Shown here: positions 58,309 through 64,000 of the stretch, one piece after another
Position numbering within the stretch: position 1 is the first letter of the stretch
Layout: every line of letters starts with the position of its first letter
Source of the DNA: Entomortierella parvispora E1425
Lineage: Eukaryota > Fungi > Mortierellomycota
Direction of reading: 5' to 3'
Assembly (NCBI GenBank): GCA_020891255.1
Contig: BQFW01000007.1
Span: 868,001 to 932,000 of the forward strand
DNA: 64,000 nucleotides
The notes under the pieces: generated by a model
Seen by the model: the letters and a program-made list of their open reading frames with translations, nothing else
Databases searched by the model: none
Told to the model about the DNA's origin: nothing
Position numbers and translations under genes: made by a program

Positions 58309-61300
58309 GGCTGGCAAGGGTTTAAGAGGAATGACGCGTCGTGAAGAGCAAAGAAGGGTAATGGTTGAGTAGAATGAAGAGAGGAATGCGTTTTCTATAG
58401 CGTAGATGCGAGTTGCAAGTGTGGCAAGCGAAAGATGAAGAAGATGGCAAGAAGAAGGGTAGAGGGGGAAAATTGGAGGGAAATATACTGGATGCTGTGC
58501 TTCTTCTGTCGATCGTTGTTGGTGAGTTTGGGTATTGCTTCCCTTTTTATGGGAACTGGGAGTATGTGAGAATTGTGTGGGAAAAGGGCGGAAAGGAGGT
58601 CGCACCGGCACTCTAGGCAGGATGACGATACAAAGAACAAAAAAAACAAAAAGACAGAACAAAGGGCAAGGGAGAGTTCACACGAAGAGAGGGGGGGATG
58701 AGAGGAAACCAAGAGAGAGTGATAGTCGAAGGGGAAAGAAGCAAGTTACAAGTTTTCTTTTGTAAGATAGCGAGATAGGGAGAACATGAGAGGGTGAGAG
58801 GGAGGAGGAATAGGAGGAAGATTGAGGAGAAAATAGAGTCGCGAGTTGTGGATACGAGAAAAGGGAGAGAGAGAGAAGAGTAAGTGACAGATCAGAGATG
58901 AGAAAGAGAGCTGAAGAAAAGAGGGAGGGAGAGGTGAAAAAGTGGACAATCCAGTAGGCTGCGGAGAAAGGAAAAAAGAGGGCGGTTGGACTACCACGGA
59001 CCAGTTGAAGTCCCTTTTTAGATCCAAATCATCTAGGTCGCCAAGGGTACTCCATCTGGTTGATGGGCTGGTACACGAAACGGCGAGGGAGACGACAAAA
59101 GGATAAGGGGAGGAGAACGGAAACGCTGTGGTTGTGGGTGGTTGCAGCCGCTCTTGGAGTAAACGGATTTGTCGCAATAATCCGGGGGCAGGATTGGAGG
59201 GAGAGTGCAACGACGAAAATAACAACAGGAAAAAAAAAAAAAAAAAAAAAAAGAGAGATAATGAAGAATGGGCCATGCACGACGGAGGGAGAACAAGGCA
59301 AAGACGCAAGGAAGCAAAGACAAACACAGATGGAGAGATGCAGGTGGGTCCCAAGTGACTGTGGTGGTTGTTGAGAAGTAGATGGGCTGGAGACAGCTTG
59401 TCTTTATATTTTACAATAGTTCTCTGCTTGTTTGTTTGTTTGTATGCTTGCTTGTGCGTCTGTCTATCCGTCCGTCCATCCGTCCATCCGCCCCTCTGCA
59501 TTTGGGAGTGCAGTGCAGTTGTGTGGGTCGATTTCTTACTCAGTCACAGAAGACTTTCCACGCAGGCAAAAGGCTCTCTTCCACGACACATGGCTATTAT
59601 GTTGGCCAGTCTGTCAGCATGGCGGAGACTGAGAGCGCCGATGATGGGCACGCACATGAAATGAAAAGTAAGAAGCAAGTCGGTTAGTGAGAGAAGCAAG
59701 AGTAAAAATGGGATAGGCAAAGCGCGAAGAGCAGGCATGGGGGAGAAGAGCCCAGACAAACAAAGATACTCGGACATGCCACGTCCGTGCATTGAAGTAG
59801 CTGGTCAACCAAGAAAATAAAACTGGGGAACGGAGAGAGAGATAGAGACAGAGACACAAACACGACCCATTGAGTGCAAAGCTTGAGTCGTTTGTTTTTG
59901 ACAGTGTTTTCCCCCAAAAGAAGGCGCTAAGCTGTGCCACACTCTGTGTCTCCTGGCGAGATCTTCGCGGTGAACTGTGAGAAGTACAGAAACGTCAACA
60001 GGGAAGACATCCCAAATGTGGCTGCGATGAAAGGCTGTCTTTGATAAAGCAGGAGACAACGACGAGAAAACGGGGCTGTCCAAGGTGACCCGAGCGTTTT
60101 TCTTTCTTTCTTTACAGGACCTGGAAGACCACTCTTTGTTGATTTGTATGCACCTTCTTTGTCCTGTCCACAAGGACACAGAACCGGCGTTGCTAAGGAT
60201 GTAAACAACACGACGGCTGGCCCCTTCTATTCTCCCTTTCTCCCTCCATTGCCCCATCGGCTTCAGTTTTCTCATGTTTTTTCTCGGTAGATGCCTGTGC
60301 GCAAAGTCCAATCCTTTCCATTGAGGGGGGTGCTCCATGCACGGCTTTTGCATGGCATGGGGCTTCAACGCCGACCACAAAGAACGCGTTCACCACCGCA
60401 AGACGCGATCTGTCTCGCGTCTCATCTGGGTTTGTGCGAAATATACCCAGAGTTGAACTTTTTCTGTCGGGTCGGCAGTTGTGAAGGTGTGAGCGAGGGT
60501 ATTTTCAGATGATCAGATTTTGTGCGGGTAGCCAATGGTTCTTGACCTTCGGCAGAGTGCAGTGGAGTCTATCCACAATACCACTCATTTTCAAGGATCC
60601 ACGAGGGATCAGGTCGGGGTGGAATCGGTCCAACTCCCTGAACGGACAACTGACAGCCGTTTAAATTGTATTTGAGAGAGAGAGCCCAAAATCGAGGATC
60701 TGGGGTCCCAGGGAAAAATTGAACGAGAAGGGGCAGGGAGAGGGAAAAGGAGGGAGGAAGGAGGGGCAGCTTGAGTTCTTGGACGAGTGAGGTATGCCAT
60801 TTTCGTGTTGAATGGTCCCGATCGTTGCGCCAATAGGATTGGCTGGAGCGGGGGATGGTCCACCTCTACAAAACAATAAAATGCCCGCCTTGCCCCGTGC
60901 GAAGAGGAGATGAACGTCTTTGAAGGAATGACGTGACTGAGAAGGGAAAGAAAGTGGTTCCCGGACGGAGAAAATTACAGCACGCAGAGCCCAAGTAGAC
61001 GCCACCATCTTGAGTTCTGGGGTAAAAGAGAAAAAGAATGATGAGAGCGAGTCCTTGCGGGCCGTGCTGGGGGGGGGGGGGGAAGAGGAAGAGAGACGCG
61101 TGAAGAGATAGAGGAAGATGGCCATCATTCCTCGGGGCAGGATAGACAGACACGCACGTACATGTACACACTCTTGAACACAGACAGAGACAGACAGACA
61201 GAGAGAGAGAAGAGTCATTTTTGTTCTCAGGCACGAACCAACAGAGGGAAATAAATCAGAAATCAGCGCACGAAAGAAAAGAAAAGAAAGGTGACAAAAA

Positions 61301-61390
61301 GCACACCTGTCTGTCTGTCAATGTCACACCCCTGACCCCCTTCCCTTCCTGACTGGGCAGCCTTGTTTTTTGGGTTCTTTCTTTCTTTCT

Positions 61391-61415
61391 TTCTCTTCTC
61401 TTCTCTTCTCTTCTC
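61391..61415. repeat. (TTCTC)n pyrimidine microsatellite in the leader of the C2H2 gene
   Basis: Five TTCTC-type units read directly inside a long CT tract. Confidence 0.75.
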
Positions 61416-61775
61416 TCTCTTCTCTTTGACTTCACTTCTCCATCGCTCCTCATCTCTCTCTCATCTGTTCTCTTTCCATCCCCTGCCACTCCTTGCTTTG
61501 CCACTCCCTCTCCTCGCCACCTTTTATCCTCACAGTCTGACACAGCCCTTGCCCCTGCCACAAGAAACACAACAACCTTTCAAACGCGAAGTAACCAACA
61601 GGACCAACTACCGCAACACCAAGTAGACCAACAGCAACAGTAACGGTAACAGCTCCCAAGCCAGCCCGGTCTCTCTATCTCTCTCTTTTCTTGTTTCCTT
61701 GCTCGACTCAAAGCAGTACCGCCAACAAGGGAAACAAAGAAAAGGACTTCCCCCCCGCATTCTCCAACCGCAACA

Positions 61776-62588
61776 ATGATGGCCTCTGCTCCCCTTCAGT
61801 CCCCCCACAAGGACTTCTCTGTCACTGCCCGGCGCCGGTCGTCGGTCAAGAGTCTGCTTAGTTCCGCCAACCCTCCAGCCTCTCCGTTGGATGCTCTCGT
61901 CATGGCCCTGGAGGCCTCTGTCGAAGACGTCGAAGAGGGCTTTGACCTAGACTTTGATGCCGACCCTGTCCAGGTCCAGGTTGCTGACGAGGACGAAGAC
62001 CCAGACGCCACCATCCCTTCCTCACCAACAATGTTCATGAAGGGACTCAGTGGCGCACCTTCTCTGCATCACTTGCCCTCGATGCTCCTTCCCAGTCCTG
62101 CCGTGCGCGTGACCGGTACTTCGACTGCGCCGACAACGCCCAAGGTCCAACAACAGCGACGCAACAGCTCCAAGGACGCCAGCGCCAAAAAGAAACAAGG
62201 AGAGGCAAACCTGCGCAAGATGTCCATCAGCAGCGAGGACTCTGCATCTTCGAATGACTCTGTTGGTGGCGGTGGTCTCCGCTTCACTTGTTCAGCGGCG
62301 CACTGCGAAAAACGATTCTCTCAGTCAGAGCAGCTGGCTGCCCATGAACGGTAAGAGATATGTGGAGTTCAGAATGATGAGAGACCAGAATCCTATTCCC
62401 CTTTTTTGCCCTTCCCCAGGCATGCCATTGTCTCGCACAGTCCACATACCGCTGGTGCTGGTAGGCGCTGGTACGTGCTGAGAGAAGCGGCAGACGACCT
62501 CCATTTGAGGTCTTGGTCGTCTGAGAGGGAAGAACTTTCCTTCTTGGGTACCTTTCGACTCTTCTTGTTTTGCTTCTCCACTCTCTGA
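61776..62588 (+). CDS. C2H2 zinc-finger protein (3' structure uncertain)
   Basis: ORF from ATG 61776 ends in FTCSAAHCEKRFSQSEQLAAHER at a GTAAGA donor (~62351). Probable acceptor at ~62419 continues HAIVSH... to TGA 62588; further exons cannot be excluded. Confidence 0.6.
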
Positions 62589-64000
62589 TACCTCAGAAGA
62601 GTTTTTTCAGGCACTGGCATTCGTGCACGTTGTGCCTTTCTGTCGATGGAGCAACACGCACTAGTGGCAGACAACAAGGGCTGCATGAGTCGAGGGGTGG
62701 CGACACGTCTTCCTCTTCAGTCTGCTAGCCAAGCGAAAGCGAGGGTCGTGCCACATGTCCCATCTCTCGAAACCAGTCACATTAATTCCTTCCTTGGCCT
62801 TCCATATGTCCGCTTTGCCCCGAACAGGGCGTGAGGTGGCGAAATGAAACGCGTGCTACTGCGCTGATGCTAACCTGCTGCCGTCTTTGTTTTTGCTTCT
62901 GTTCCACAGCTGCCACACTCGAACCAGGCCATTTGTAAGTGATTGTGTACCCTATCTCTCCATCTTGGCTGGATGAATGGATCAGGAACACAGCAGGACC
63001 GTGGACAGGATCCCCCCAAGGAGTCGGCTAGAGTCGAGGCAAAAGAGGCTGAGCAAATGATGGGAATGCGAGGACCTTTCTTCTATATCCTTCTTTGACG
63101 GCTCGACGCTGGTTGCAATTGCCTGAATCTAAAATGAAGGAGTATCCTTCGTTGTTGACAACGCTTGACAACTTGAAACGATCGAACCGACAGAGCTACG
63201 ACTCAGAAAGGACAATGGTTGACCCTCAGGGAGGATCAAGTCTGGCGCGTTCCAGATCCCTTTCCCAAGGCAGGTGAAAGGGTCATTTGGTCAAAACTTC
63301 AAAGAGTGCTTGTGGATCGGTCGACCTTGTCAGCTTGTTGCTTTCTAATTTCCAAAGATTCCAATTGCCCCATTTGCGCTCCAAAAAACCCATCTCCAGG
63401 GGAGATGAGTAAGAAGGGTCCTTCTTATTTTGTTTGACGGAACACACTGTCCATCATTGCTCTCTTTTGTTGTTCTTTATTCTTTGGGGGACATTGGATT
63501 TCGTTGCTGCTGGGCGCTTATTCTTTCTCATCCATCACAACCCCCTCCCTCGACCGTGATGAAAAAGCTGGATATCATCGTCTGCGTGAGCGCAGCATTT
63601 ACTCAAGATCTTGGGAGCGCTACAAAGAAAAGACGATTATGACGGGATGAGTGCAGAAAGGGCGGACAAACAGAATGGCATCTCCGAAAGCACCTTGTTT
63701 TGTTTTAGTTCAGTGTTGTCTTGGAGACCCGGCACTGAATCTGACAAACACAGCAGGGTGTCTTTTTGGAGGCGCATTTGTTTATTCATTCGTTCTGGCG
63801 ATTTTCTCGAGTTGTTTTTTTGATTCCTCGCAAGAAAATGTTTGACGAAATTATCAAAGATTTTGACGACTCACGGTTCTTTCTCTTCGCATTTTTTTCT
63901 CTTTTCCTTTTCTTGTTTGTGTGTGTTTAACGTGTGTTGTGGTTGTTCCTTCCGACGATTTTTTTTGTATTGTCAATTGCTCCTACTTTCTTGGTCCTTT

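Noticed and set aside
58395-61700. Many short ORFs in the PH / C2H2 divergent intergenic region
   Set aside because: Dominated by homopolymer and microsatellite tracts; no motifs or plausible exon chains.

Overview
Eukaryotic fungal DNA with GT-AG introns, long poly(A/T) tracts and F-box/LRR and ARM-NACHT-WD40 gene types, most consistent with Mortierellaceae (Mucoromycota); this taxon call is an inference. I can support about 19 intact or window-truncated protein-coding genes, one decayed F-box pseudogene and one mobile element. Core genes: secreted acid sphingomyelinase, class-B bHLH-Zip factor, HUT1, Slt2/Mpk1 MAPK, acyl-CoA-binding protein, YMC1-type mitochondrial carrier, cytochrome b5-like steroid-binding protein, Whi5-like protein, choline/ethanolamine kinase, VMA22/CCDC115, tropomyosin, a PH-domain protein and a C2H2 protein. 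The accessory content is the most interesting part. (1) A ~4.3 kb near-intact Crypton-type tyrosine-recombinase element (Ndc10-like YR plus GCR1_C domain, 5 exons, one +1 lesion). It is bracketed by an 11-12 bp motif present as both a direct and an inverted repeat, and has a perfect GTCACGTGAC palindrome next to one copy. (2) An intronless NLR-like NACHT-pentapeptide-WD40 gene with a bacterial-style layout. (3) A head-to-head pair of paralogous secreted 8-Cys proteins, one intronless with a His/Lys/Thr stalk. No rRNA, tRNA or CRISPR array was found. All family assignments come from motif recognition by eye; no database search was run.
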